DNA from: Nitrospinota bacterium | GTDB lineage: Bacteria; Nitrospinota_A; UBA7883; JACRGQ01 | Length of the DNA stretch: 44,119 nucleotides | Direction: 5' to 3' | NCBI GenBank assembly: GCA_016194375.1 | Contig: JACQBU010000122.1 | Span: 1-44,119 of the forward strand | Part shown: positions 1 to 8,890 of the stretch, in pieces | Position numbering within the stretch: position 1 is the stretch's first letter | Layout: the number at the start of each line of letters is the position of its first letter | Notes under the pieces: generated by a model | The model's database searches: none | What the model was told of the DNA's origin: nothing | Seen by the model: only the letters and a program-made list of their open reading frames with translations | Program-made: the position numbers and the translations under genes

Positions 1-211
1 TGTTTCATTGGAAGGCATGGCGACCCACGCTGACCCACGGCCTTTGCGACCAAGTCTTGACCGGTCTGCCATGCCATTTTCTTTCATTTTGGCTTTAGCA
101 ACCATGGAAATCAATATACAAGGTCTTGCATTGTAGCAATTTGCGGCGATTTATAAATTCTTTGCCATAGTCATGTTGTAACTCTTAAAAAGTCCCTGTA
201 GAGGCGTCCTT

Positions 212-291
212 GTGAGGAGCATAGCGACGATGCAATCCGAGGCACCTTGATTGAATATATGGCGGGATTGTTTCGCTACGCTCGCAATGAC
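212..291. repeat. Imperfect palindromic intergenic element (arms gtgaggagcatagcgacgatgcaatcc and gggattgtttcgctacgctcgcaatgac)
   Basis: CAATCC (233-238) pairs with GGATTG (265-270), and AGCaTAGCGA (219-228) pairs with TCGCTACGCT (273-282) with one mismatch. From memory, the arms resemble a hairpin repeat seen in many environmental genomes whose spurious translations read ...CFATLAMT...; the ORF track here gives DCFATLAMTT. Confidence 0.45.
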
Positions 292-322
292 AACCGACCA
301 CCCTTTTTCAACGGAAGGAAGT

Positions 323-1078
323 CTAATACCCCACTTCCACCAAGAACAGGCCCTGCGGGGGGGCGGTCGGCCCCGCCTTGCGCCTGTCCCTCGCCTCCAG
401 CATCCCCTTCATCATCCCGGGCTTTATGCGGCCTCTGCCGACCTCCACCAGCGTGCCCGCGATGTTCCGCACCATCTGCCTTAGGAACCCGTCCGCCGTT
501 ATCTCGATGACGACCGTCTTCCCGCGCCTCTTTATTTCAAGCGAAAAGACGTTGCGCACGGAACTTTTTACCGAGCTGTGCGCCGCCATGAACGACGCAA
601 AATCATGCCTCCCCGTCAGGAGTCGCGCGGCCTTTCTCATCCCCTTTATGTCCAGCGGCGCGATGACGTGCCACGAGGTCCCGCGGGCAAAGGCGCTTTT
701 GACGTCCGAGTTGTGGATTTGATACCGGTATTTTTTCCATCTCGCGTCCTTTTGCGCGTGGAAGGCCGCGGGCATCGTCCGAACGTCGGTCACGGCTATG
801 TCGGGCGGAAGCATTGAGTTGAGCGCGCGGAGCAAGGTCGCGTCGTCCATCGGAAAATGCCCCCGGACGTTCGCCACCTGCGCCAGCGCGTGCACGCCGG
901 AATCGGTCCTGCCGGACGCCACGACCGGCGACCTTTTGCCCAGTATTTTTCGTATCGCCTCCTCGACGGCCGTTTGGACGGTGCTCCCCCTGGCCTGCGC
1001 CTGCCAGCCCAGGTAGGCGGCGCCGTCGTACTCGAGCGTGAGCCTTATGTTCCTGAGGGGGTTCCGGGTTTTTTCCAT
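323..1078 (-). CDS. truA: tRNA pseudouridine(38-40) synthase TruA
   Basis: 251-aa ORF. N-terminus IRLTLEYDGAAYLGWQAQ and catalytic-Asp motif GRTDSGVHA are typical of TruA. Confidence 0.9.
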   Translation of the reverse strand: MEKTRNPLRNIRLTLEYDGAAYLGWQAQARGSTVQTAVEEAIRKILGKRSPVVASGRTDSGVHALAQVANVRGHFPMDDATLLRALNSMLPPDIAVTDVRTMPAAFHAQKDARWKKYRYQIHNSDVKSAFARGTSWHVIAPLDIKGMRKAARLLTGRHDFASFMAAHSSVKSSVRNVFSLEIKRRGKTVVIEITADGFLRQMVRNIAGTLVEVGRGRIKPGMMKGMLEARDRRKAGPTAPPQGLFLVEVGY

Positions 1079-1117
1079 TTCACCATTATATGCAGGTGTA
1101 AGGTAAAATCTGACCTT

Positions 1118-3547
1118 ATGCGCGGAGAGGCACTTCGATACCCCTCGCTTTATTACGCCCTTGCGGTCGTCGCCGGAATTTTAGTCGCCGGATGGAAACT
1201 GCCGCTCGGCGTCTCGATTCCCGCGTTGACGATAGCCGCGGTGTTGATTACGGCGTTTTCTCCCGTCCCGCTCGGACTTAGGACATTGATTCCCGTATTC
1301 GCGGCGGCGTCGTTTTTGTCCATGAGCGCGGCTACGGCGGAACTGGATGCGGCGGACCAGATAGGCAGATTCGTGCCCGTGAAGGGGGCGGTGCTCGAGG
1401 GGGTCGTCCGCGGCCCTATGGAATATTTCTCCGACGGTTGCCGCTTCAGGCTGGCGGCCGAGAGGCTGAACGGCCGAAACGTCTCCGGCGTCCTGTCCGT
1501 CGGCGTGTACAACGGGATGGTTCCGCCGCTCCCCGGCGACAGGATAATGCTTCCGGACGCGCGCGTGAAGCCGGTCATAGGTTTTAAAAACTTCGGCGGG
1601 TTCAACAAGGAGGAATATTTAAGGGAATCGGGAATAACGGCGGCGGTCAACGTGCCGAAAAAGGGGGTGGTTCAAATCATCCGGCCCGCCCCCGCCTGGA
1701 GGCCGGACGCGGCGAGCGAAAAACTCCGGCGTAGCATCCGCGACTTCATCATTAGGGAGTTTCCCAAAGGGGAGGCGGCGTCCGCCGCCGCGATGACCAT
1801 CGGGGTCAGGGGCGGGCTGACGGCCAAGGAGAGGCGGGACTACTCCACCTCCGGGCTCGCCCACCTGCTGGCTGTGGCGGGGCTTCACGTCGGCTTCATT
1901 GGCGGGTTTTCCTACCTCCTTTTTTACCCGCTCTTTTTTTGGGCGTTTTATTTTTTTCGGCCGTCCTGGACGCAGTACGGCGCGCACAAGAAATGCGCGG
2001 CCCTCCTCTGCATCGTCGCGGTCGTGCTGTACGTGCTGGTCACCGGTGCGAACATCCCCTCGAGGAGGGCCGGGGTGATGGCGGCCGTGTTTTTCCTCTC
2101 CGTCATTTTGGGAAAGGAGGGGGAGGTAATAAACTCGCTCGCGCTGTCGGCCGTCGTGGTGCTTCTACTCAACCCGACGGCGGTCTCCAGCTTTTCGTTC
2201 CTCACGTCGTACGCGGCGGTGGGCGCCATAGCGCTTTGGTTGCTTTGGAAAAAGGGGGCGCCAAAGGAATGGGCGGAGGGCTTGGGGGAGGACGGGCGGC
2301 GAAGGAGGGTTCGCGATTTTTTTGTCGAGACGGCGGAGATATCGCTCCTGCTGGCTGTCGCCACCGCGCCGTTGATAATGTCGAGGTTCAACGAATTGCA
2401 CGGCGAGAGCGTGCTGGCGAACCTTACCGCCGTTCCCGTAGCCATGTTCGCCATCCCGTCGGTCTTCGCGTCGTTCGCGCTCGGCTCGGTCTGGGGACCG
2501 TTGGGTTCCGTTTCCGCCTGGGTCTCGTCGCTCGGATTTTCCGGAATAGAGTTCATCGCCGGAGCCGTCCGCCGGTCGTCCGTCCTGTCGTTCGTCGGGC
2601 CGTCCCCCGCGGCCTGGCTCGTCGCCTTTTATTACTTCGTTTTCCTGCTTTGGGCGTTCCGGCTCCGGTATTTCGTTCCGGCGGCCGCGGCGCTTTTGGC
2701 GGCGATATTTTTCTTCTACTGGCCGGTCGAGAGAAAAAACAGCGAGGTTCGGTTCATCGACGTCGGGCAGGGGGACGCCACGCTGATAATGCTTAGGGAC
2801 GGCGCCAACATCCTCGTGGACGGAGGGGTGAGGTTCAAGGAGTACGACCTCGGGGAGCTGGTGGTACTGCCCGAACTGCGGAGGCTGGGAATAAAAAAAC
2901 TCGACGCCGTGATAGCGACCCACGGCGACATGGACCACGTGGGCGGCCTCTTCACGGTGATGAGGTCCGTCGAGGTCTCCCGCTACATGGACAACGGCGA
3001 GCCTCACAAGGCCCTGGCGGGGTTGCGCAGAATCGCGGACGAGCGCGGCATTCCGAGGTTCAGCCTGCTGGCCGGGATGAGGGTCCCCGTGTCCGACCTC
3101 GCGGGGCTGGTCGTGCTTCACCCGTCCAAACGGTACCTAGACGAGCATCCGAGGGCTAAGAACAACAACACCTCCCTAATGTTGATGCTCGAGATCGGGG
3201 GGAAAAGGGTGCTTCTTCCCGCGGACAACGAAAAGGAGGCCGAACGACACCTTGTGGAGACCGACGCCCCGCTGAAGGCCGACGTGCTTCACGTGGCGCA
3301 CCACGGCTCCGGCAGTTCGACAACCCCCGCGTTCCTGAGCGCGGTCGCGCCCAGGATGGCGGTCATCAGCGTCGGCGCGTTGAACAGGTACAACATGCCC
3401 GCCGGGAAAACGATGGGGGCGTTGCGCGGACGGGGGATCGTCGTCTTGCAAACCCAGCACGACGGGGACGTGTCGCTGTTGTTCGGCGACGGGAGGACGT
3501 CCCTGAAAACCTACGCGAATCCGGAGCCGGTATTGCTGTTCCAATAA
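1118..3547 (+). CDS. comEC: DNA internalization-related competence protein ComEC/Rec2
   Basis: Polytopic membrane protein with a C-terminal metallo-beta-lactamase domain (VRFIDVGQGDATLI ... HGDMDHVGG ... HVAHHGS). The start is trimmed to ATG 1118 (MRGEALRY...), because the ORF-track start at 857 overlaps truA and encodes low-complexity sequence. Confidence 0.85.
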   Translation: MRGEALRYPSLYYALAVVAGILVAGWKLPLGVSIPALTIAAVLITAFSPVPLGLRTLIPVFAAASFLSMSAATAELDAADQIGRFVPVKGAVLEGVVRGPMEYFSDGCRFRLAAERLNGRNVSGVLSVGVYNGMVPPLPGDRIMLPDARVKPVIGFKNFGGFNKEEYLRESGITAAVNVPKKGVVQIIRPAPAWRPDAASEKLRRSIRDFIIREFPKGEAASAAAMTIGVRGGLTAKERRDYSTSGLAHLLAVAGLHVGFIGGFSYLLFYPLFFWAFYFFRPSWTQYGAHKKCAALLCIVAVVLYVLVTGANIPSRRAGVMAAVFFLSVILGKEGEVINSLALSAVVVLLLNPTAVSSFSFLTSYAAVGAIALWLLWKKGAPKEWAEGLGEDGRRRRVRDFFVETAEISLLLAVATAPLIMSRFNELHGESVLANLTAVPVAMFAIPSVFASFALGSVWGPLGSVSAWVSSLGFSGIEFIAGAVRRSSVLSFVGPSPAAWLVAFYYFVFLLWAFRLRYFVPAAAALLAAIFFFYWPVERKNSEVRFIDVGQGDATLIMLRDGANILVDGGVRFKEYDLGELVVLPELRRLGIKKLDAVIATHGDMDHVGGLFTVMRSVEVSRYMDNGEPHKALAGLRRIADERGIPRFSLLAGMRVPVSDLAGLVVLHPSKRYLDEHPRAKNNNTSLMLMLEIGGKRVLLPADNEKEAERHLVETDAPLKADVLHVAHHGSGSSTTPAFLSAVAPRMAVISVGALNRYNMPAGKTMGALRGRGIVVLQTQHDGDVSLLFGDGRTSLKTYANPEPVLLFQ

Positions 3548-3592
3548 GTCGCGGATTTTTTACGCGCCCCTTTACGGCGGGGTTTCGGCCGT

Positions 3593-4306
3593 CTAACGAG
3601 TTTCGCCGGAAAGGCGACTCGAGGCGGTTGAGGCCAGGATTTCCAGCCTGAGCCTCAAAAGAAACAAGGAAGCGAACGTCAGGAGGAAGGCGAGCAGGCT
3701 CACCCGTAGCGCGAGCATCATTTCGGGGGGCATCCCGGCGTCGGAGGCGGATTTGATGACGACCGGATGCATGACGTTGCCCCACAGCTTGATCGCGAAG
3801 TGGACTATCGGGACGTCGATGAACCCGACTATGCCGAACACCGCCGCATACCGCGCGCGGACCGCCTGGTTGTCAACCGAGTTTCTGAGCATCAGGTATC
3901 CGACGTAGATCACGAGAAGTATGAGCGCGGTCGTGAGGCGCGGTTCCCAAAGCCACCACGCGCCCCACCTTTGTTTTCCCCATATCATGCCGGTTGCAAG
4001 CATGAGGAAGCAAAAAAGCACGCCGAGCTCCGCGCCCACCCGCGCGAGCGCGTCGAAAACGAGGTTCCTTTTCCACAGATATCCGACGCTTGCGGCGAAG
4101 ACGACGAAAAAGCCGAGGTACGCCATTATCGCGGTCGGAACGTGGAAATACATTATCCTGTACGCCTCCGTCTCCCCCGCGGCGGCCGGCGCCCAAACGA
4201 GCGAAAGGTACAGCGCCGCGAGCATGGACGCGGCCGAGGCGAGGAAAAGTCCGGCGCGCAGGGCCGGATGCTCAGTCAGCCTTAGGGCCTTTTCCAGCGG
4301 ATTCAA
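3593..4306 (-). CDS. ccmC: Heme exporter protein C (cytochrome c maturation system I)
   Basis: 237-aa polytopic protein with a Trp-rich motif WGAWWLWEPRLT (WGxxWxWD-like) and conserved His residues. It sits in a ccmA/ccmB neighbourhood. The start codon is TTG. Confidence 0.85.
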   Translation of the reverse strand: MNPLEKALRLTEHPALRAGLFLASAASMLAALYLSLVWAPAAAGETEAYRIMYFHVPTAIMAYLGFFVVFAASVGYLWKRNLVFDALARVGAELGVLFCFLMLATGMIWGKQRWGAWWLWEPRLTTALILLVIYVGYLMLRNSVDNQAVRARYAAVFGIVGFIDVPIVHFAIKLWGNVMHPVVIKSASDAGMPPEMMLALRVSLLAFLLTFASLFLLRLRLEILASTASSRLSGETR

Positions 4307-4403
4307 TCTCTTTTTCCAGTTTCTCGCACTTGCGGTCGATGGCGAAGACGTATGCGAAAACGGCCAGCCAAATGACCCCGAACGCCGCGACCAAATAGCT
4401 CAT
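4272..4403 (-). CDS. CcmD-like small membrane protein (43 aa), absent from the ORF track
   Basis: Hand translation gives MSYLVAAFGVIWLAVFAYVFAIDRKCEKLEKEIESAGKGPKAD: one TM helix plus a charged tail. Its ATG overlaps the ccmB stop as ATGA (4400-4403). From memory it resembles the short alternative CcmD family (xYLxAAYxVIWxxLFxY...). Confidence 0.6.
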   Translation of the reverse strand: MSYLVAAFGVIWLAVFAYVFAIDRKCEKLEKEIESAGKGPKAD

Positions 4404-5083
4404 AGTTCGTCCATGATATATTCAAAGACCAGCGTTGACACAACAAAAAAAATCAGGTCGAACGCCGCCAGAAATTTTATCCGCGACAGGTAGACCGCGG
4501 GGTCGTCGCCGCCTATGAGCGCCGAGGTGGCCGCCGCCGCAAAAATCAAAAGCGGCGTCAACAGCGGCAGGAGGAGCACCGGAAGCAGTATTTCGCGCGC
4601 CTTGAGGTTGGCCGACAACGCGGCGACCAGCGTCCCGAGCGTCATGAAGCCGACGTCCCCCAGGAGGAAGACGAGCGCCTGCATCGGAAAATTCTCCATC
4701 ACGTTCAGGTTGTAGAGGACGACGAACGCGGGAAGCACCATCGCCTGCACCAGGGCCAGAAAAATCAGGTTGCCCGCGAGCTTCGCGAGAAACACGGCGG
4801 AGCGGTCCACCGGCGAGAGCGCGAGCGCCTGTATGCAGTCGTTTTCCTTCTCCGCCTGGAAGGAGCGGCCGACCCCGAGCGTGCCCGCGAACAGGAACGC
4901 TATCCAGAGGATGCCGGAGGCCAGCTGGGGCGCGTTCTGCGCGTTTATCTTGAAGGCGAAGTTGAAGATGACGATGACGAGCAGGGCGAACATGAAGGTG
5001 TTCCCCAAAAACTCGCGCGAGCGAAGCTCCGTCCTCATGTCCTTGACCAGGATCGCCCTCGCCGCGCGCAAAATTCCGCGCAT
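4400..5083 (-). CDS. ccmB: Heme exporter permease CcmB
   Basis: 227-aa hydrophobic protein starting MRGILRAARAILVKDMRTELRSREFL. Its start overlaps the ccmA stop by 1 nt. The upstream 184 codons of the 411-aa track ORF are Arg/Gly/Pro-rich shadow sequence overlapping ccmA. Confidence 0.8.
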   Translation of the reverse strand: MRGILRAARAILVKDMRTELRSREFLGNTFMFALLVIVIFNFAFKINAQNAPQLASGILWIAFLFAGTLGVGRSFQAEKENDCIQALALSPVDRSAVFLAKLAGNLIFLALVQAMVLPAFVVLYNLNVMENFPMQALVFLLGDVGFMTLGTLVAALSANLKAREILLPVLLLPLLTPLLIFAAAATSALIGGDDPAVYLSRIKFLAAFDLIFFVVSTLVFEYIMDEL

Positions 5084-5787
5084 TATTTCTCGACCCTCTC
5101 CACGTACATCCGCATGAATTCGGGGACGCCCGTCCCGAGGGTGCTTTCGTCGAAGATCTTCCGGCCGCCCCTTAGTATCGCCGCGCGGGTGGAGGCGGCG
5201 AGGCCGAGCGGTATGTCGTGGGTTATCATCATCACGGTCTTGCCGCGCCTGTGAAGCGCGGAGAGCAGGGATTGGAACATCAGCGCCGAATGGTGGTCGA
5301 GGCCGGTGAACGGCTCGTCCAGAAAAATGAACTCCGGGTCGGCCACCAGAGCGCGGGCTATCGAGAGCCGCTGGACCATCCCCCGCGAGAAGGCCCGCAC
5401 GACGGAGTCCCTCCTGTTTTCCAGCTCGACCGTTTTCAGCAGTTCCATCGCGCGGCCGGCGGGGTCGGCCACGCCGTACATCTCGCCGAAAAAGACGAGG
5501 TTCTCGAGCGCCATGAGCGAGTCGTAAAGATAACTCTTGTGCGATATGACGCCTATCTTCCCCCTTATCGCCGGGGAGTGGGAGTCGGCGCCCCCGACCC
5601 TCGCCGTGCCGGAGGTGGGGCGGACCATTCCGCAAAGTATTTTTAAAAGGGTGGTTTTCCCGGCACCGTTCGGGCCGAAAAGGACGAGGAAATCCCCCTC
5701 GTCAATCGTGAGGTCGACGTCGCTTAGGGCCGTGAAATCGCCGAATTTCTTTCCGACTCCCCTGCACTCGATCCTGCCCTTTTCCAT
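5083..5787 (-). CDS. ccmA: Heme ABC exporter ATP-binding protein CcmA
   Basis: Walker A GPNGAGKTT, ABC signature/Walker B region (...FIFLDEPFTGLD), and ccmB/ccmC directly downstream. Confidence 0.85.
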   Translation of the reverse strand: MEKGRIECRGVGKKFGDFTALSDVDLTIDEGDFLVLFGPNGAGKTTLLKILCGMVRPTSGTARVGGADSHSPAIRGKIGVISHKSYLYDSLMALENLVFFGEMYGVADPAGRAMELLKTVELENRRDSVVRAFSRGMVQRLSIARALVADPEFIFLDEPFTGLDHHSALMFQSLLSALHRRGKTVMMITHDIPLGLAASTRAAILRGGRKIFDESTLGTGVPEFMRMYVERVEK

Positions 5788-5825
5788 TAGGCAGGATTAT
5801 CCACTTATCCCGCCCGGCCATCAAC

Positions 5826-7073
5826 TTATAAAGCGTCCCGCCTTAATTTTTCGTAAAGCAGGAAAAGCGCCTCGAACGTCGTCCTCTCGCGCACCGTCTC
5901 CCTTCCACCGGCGATGAAAAGGCGCCGAACCGTTTCGCCCCGACCGTCGGCCGCGGCGACGAACACGAGCCCGACCGGCTTCTCCCGCGTGCCGCCCCCG
6001 GGGCCGGCCACGCCCGTGGCCGAAACCGCGTAGTCGGCCCCGAAACTTTTTCGCGCGCCCCGCGCCATGGCGGCGGCGGCCTCGCCGCTGACGGCGCCGA
6101 ATTTCGCCAGCAGTTTTTTAGGGACCCCGACTAGTGAGGTTTTGGCGGAGTTCGAGTAGACCGTCGCACCGCCCAAAAAATATTCCGAGCTTCCCGGCAC
6201 GGAGGTCACCCTTTTCCCGATTCCCCCGCCGGTGCAGGATTCGGCCACGCACAGGGATTGTCCCGCCCTTTTCAGCATGCCGCCGACCACGCTTTCGATG
6301 GTCTGGTCGCCGGTTCCCCAGACGTGCCGCCTTATGTTGTCAAGAAGAAGCCTTTTTGCGGACGCCATGTTGGCGGACGCCTTTTTTGGCGTGGAACCGC
6401 GCGCGACAATCCGCACGTCCACGTTCCCCAATTTCGGCAGGAAGGCCACGTCGGCGAACTTCGTCGCCTTCGCCAGCCCCTTCATCTCGTCCGTCAGCCT
6501 CGTCTCGTCCGCGCCGGCCGTGTGGAACGTAAACTCGCGCACGTGCGTCCCGCCCGGCCGGATGAGGCGGGCCGCGGACGTCAACAGCATGCGCTCCGCC
6601 TCGTGCGGCACTCCGGGGAGCGCCAGCACCCTCCCGTTGAAGAAAAGCCCCCGCGCCAGTCCGACGTCGTTTCGAACCGCGACTGCGCAAGTCGGGACGT
6701 CGGCGTACGAGCGGTTCGCCTCCGGCGTCTTTTTTCCTATTTTCTTAAAAAATGCCCTGACGCGCCGCAACACGGCGGGCTGGAACTTGGTCTTGCATTT
6801 GAAGAGCCGGCAGAGCGCCGTTTTGGTCACGTCGTCGTGCGTGGGGCCCAGGCCGCCGGTCACGACCACAAGGTCCGAGCTTCGGACAGCCTCGCGCACC
6901 TCGGCGATTATTTCCCCCTCGTCGTCCGGGACGGAAACGACGCGCGACACGACGTATCCGCGGCCGAGCAAAAAGCGGGCGACGACTCGGGCGTTGGCGT
7001 CCGCCACGAGGCCGGTCGTAAGCTCGTTGCCGATTGTTATTATCCGAGCGGTCGCAAATTTTGCGGGCTTCAC
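5826..7073 (-). CDS. cinA: CinA family protein (competence/damage-inducible; MoCF-biosynthesis-like N domain plus PncC-type nicotinamide-nucleotide amidase C domain)
   Basis: 415 aa. N-terminus ARIITIGNELTTGLVADANA ... VVVTGGLGPTHDDVT; C domain ...CVAESCTGGGIG...GGATVYSN. Confidence 0.85.
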   Translation of the reverse strand: MKPAKFATARIITIGNELTTGLVADANARVVARFLLGRGYVVSRVVSVPDDEGEIIAEVREAVRSSDLVVVTGGLGPTHDDVTKTALCRLFKCKTKFQPAVLRRVRAFFKKIGKKTPEANRSYADVPTCAVAVRNDVGLARGLFFNGRVLALPGVPHEAERMLLTSAARLIRPGGTHVREFTFHTAGADETRLTDEMKGLAKATKFADVAFLPKLGNVDVRIVARGSTPKKASANMASAKRLLLDNIRRHVWGTGDQTIESVVGGMLKRAGQSLCVAESCTGGGIGKRVTSVPGSSEYFLGGATVYSNSAKTSLVGVPKKLLAKFGAVSGEAAAAMARGARKSFGADYAVSATGVAGPGGGTREKPVGLVFVAAADGRGETVRRLFIAGGRETVRERTTFEALFLLYEKLRRDAL

Positions 7074-7133
7074 GACGGTTTGCGGACGACGGCGGCGGGC
7101 GCGGGGAAGAGGGGGGAGGAAAGGGTTACGGAG

Positions 7134-7976
7134 TCATCGAGATTGGATGTAATTGAACTTGTATCCAACTTTAATCTCGTCCTTGGCGGAGGAGACGACG
7201 GCCGTGCTCGTTCCGTCCCTCACAAGAATCACCACAAGTTTTCCGATTTGGTGTTCGGGCAGTTTTTCGTCGGCGCCCCACTCCCACCATCGTTTCTTTC
7301 TCTGTGGTTCGAGTATTCCGAAGACGTCGGCCTCGGCCACGCCGTCCATACGGCCCACGTTCAGATAAACCACGTCGCCGATGGAGATTTCGCCCTTTCC
7401 GAAACGCTCGCAGACTATCTCGCCCGAGATCAGCTTGTTCTCAAGCGGCTTGTCGGGGTCGATTGTCGGCGGTATCACGGAAAATTCCGGGGTCAGGGCG
7501 TCCCCCTTCTCAATTTCGTCGTATTCGGCCCTCACCAAGGCGGTGGAAATGGCGTCCCCGACTTCGGTGACCTCGATGAGCCCGGCGATCGTCACCAGAT
7601 ATCCGAACTCCTCGCGCGCGCCGGGAAAGGTGACGGTCCGCCCCTTTTTGTACACGAAAAACCTGTCGCCCGCCTTTACGCTGGCGTCGGCGCCATGGTT
7701 GAAATACACGACGTCCCCCGACAAGGCGATAGTCATTTTTCCGTCAAACCCCGTTATGTAGCCGAAGGGATGGTCGTTTCGCGCCAGATAACCGGCGGAA
7801 AGCAGGACCTTTTCGCTAACCACGGGCGCCACCTTTTCAAGGAAGAATTCCCTCGGCACGTTCTCGACGCCCGCCTCGGGCTCGGATGATTGGACGGTTT
7901 CCGCCGGCGCCTCCTCGGCAAAGGCCGGGATGACGCACGTCAAAAGGAGCAAAGCAAGGGCCGTTGAAATTCGCAT
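7134..7976 (-). CDS. Exported hypothetical protein with an internally duplicated beta-rich domain
   Basis: Signal-peptide-like N-terminus MRISTALALLLLTCVIPAFA (start trimmed to the second Met). Two related segments: GDVVYFNHGADASVKAGDRFFV...DEIEKGDAL and GDVVYLNVGRMDGVAEADVFGI...DEIKVGYKF. No family recognised. Confidence 0.6.
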   Translation of the reverse strand: MRISTALALLLLTCVIPAFAEEAPAETVQSSEPEAGVENVPREFFLEKVAPVVSEKVLLSAGYLARNDHPFGYITGFDGKMTIALSGDVVYFNHGADASVKAGDRFFVYKKGRTVTFPGAREEFGYLVTIAGLIEVTEVGDAISTALVRAEYDEIEKGDALTPEFSVIPPTIDPDKPLENKLISGEIVCERFGKGEISIGDVVYLNVGRMDGVAEADVFGILEPQRKKRWWEWGADEKLPEHQIGKLVVILVRDGTSTAVVSSAKDEIKVGYKFNYIQSR

Positions 7977-8040
7977 GGCGGCATTATACACGAAAGGCGC
8001 GCCATAAAAAAATCACAGATTTTCGCCCGCGCCGCGGAGG

Positions 8041-8069
8041 TTGATTATGAATATCGCTTGATATATCAT
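8041..8069 (+). promoter_or_regulatory. Candidate sigma70-type promoter for tRNA-Glu
   Basis: TTGATT (8041-8046), a 17-nt spacer, then TATCAT (8064-8069), about 40 nt upstream of the tRNA. Pattern match only. Confidence 0.3.
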
Positions 8070-8111
8070 CGCTCCTTGGCTCGCGGTACGCCCTTTGAAA
8101 ACATTTTCGGA

Positions 8112-8186
8112 GGCCCCATCGTCTAGCGGTTAGGACATCGCCCTCTCACGGCGGTAACAGGGGTTCGATTCCCCTTGGGGCTACCA
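8112..8186 (+). tRNA. tRNA-Glu (anticodon CUC), CCA encoded
   Basis: Hand-folded cloverleaf: acceptor GGCCCCA/TGGGGCT, D arm GTCT-AGCGGTTA-GGAC, anticodon stem TCGCC/GGCGG with loop CTCTCAC (CTC), T arm AGGGG-TTCGATT-CCCCT, then ACCA. Confidence 0.9.
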
Positions 8187-8320
8187 ATAAAAAGGCGGCG
8201 CCAACGGCGCGGTTATCTTCATCGCGGTCAAACTAGCCCGTCCATCAGGAATTTCACCCCTTTATTCCTTATCCAAAGCGGGTTAGACTTGGGCATTGAA
8301 GGACGGAGGAGAAAATCATT

Positions 8321-8872
8321 TTGGGCGAAAATAATCGGGCCGAACTTACGGCAAAGGAACTCGAGGCAAAAATTAGGCTTGTGCCGGATTTCCCCAAAAA
8401 GGGGGTGCTTTTTCTCGACCTTACGACGCTCTTCGACGACGCCGAGGCGTTCAAAGGCGTCGTTGACATTCTCGTCGAAAAATTTAAATCCGCCAGGATA
8501 GACCATGTGGCGGGAATCGAGGCCAGGGGGTTCGTGCTTGCCGGTGCGGTGGCCTACCGGCTCGGATGCGGGGTGACGATGATACGCAAGCCGGGAAAAC
8601 TGCCGTGGCAGACCGTGTCGGAATCGTACGAGCTCGAATACGGCGTCAACGAGATACACATACACACCGACGCCTTCAAGCCGGGGGATCGGGTGCTCCT
8701 CCTCGACGACCTCCTGGCCACCGGCGGGACGATGGGCGCCGCGATAAGGCTGACCGAAAAGCTCGGCGCGAAGGTCGCCGGAGTCGCCTTCGTCGTCGAG
8801 CTTTGTTTCCTAAACGGGCTGAAAAACCTTCCGCCGGACCAAAAAGTCTTTTCCATCATCAAAAGGCGGTAG
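8321..8872 (+). CDS. apt: Adenine phosphoribosyltransferase
   Basis: Motifs VPDFPKKGVLFLDLTTL, AGIEARGF and the PRPP-binding VLLLDDLLATGGT. TTG start preceded by GGAGGA (8305-8310). Confidence 0.9.
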   Translation: MGENNRAELTAKELEAKIRLVPDFPKKGVLFLDLTTLFDDAEAFKGVVDILVEKFKSARIDHVAGIEARGFVLAGAVAYRLGCGVTMIRKPGKLPWQTVSESYELEYGVNEIHIHTDAFKPGDRVLLLDDLLATGGTMGAAIRLTEKLGAKVAGVAFVVELCFLNGLKNLPPDQKVFSIIKRR

Positions 8873-8890
8873 CTCCGCGTTGGAGACCTG

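Noticed and set aside
857-1117. Upstream extension of the comEC ORF
   Set aside because: It overlaps truA on the opposite strand and encodes non-membrane, low-complexity sequence. ATG 1118 begins the hydrophobic ComEC N-terminus.
5084-5635. N-terminal 184-codon extension of the ccmB ORF (the track ORF is 411 aa)
   Set aside because: The extension overlaps ccmA in another frame and is Arg/Gly/Pro-rich. A Met at 5083 gives a normal 227-aa CcmB whose start abuts the ccmA stop.
6258-7889. 543-aa ORF on the + strand, the largest non-annotated ORF in the track
   Set aside because: It lies entirely antisense to cinA and the exported protein gene. Its product is Arg/Gly/Pro/His-rich low-complexity sequence with no motifs. 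This is the typical shadow ORF of high-GC DNA.
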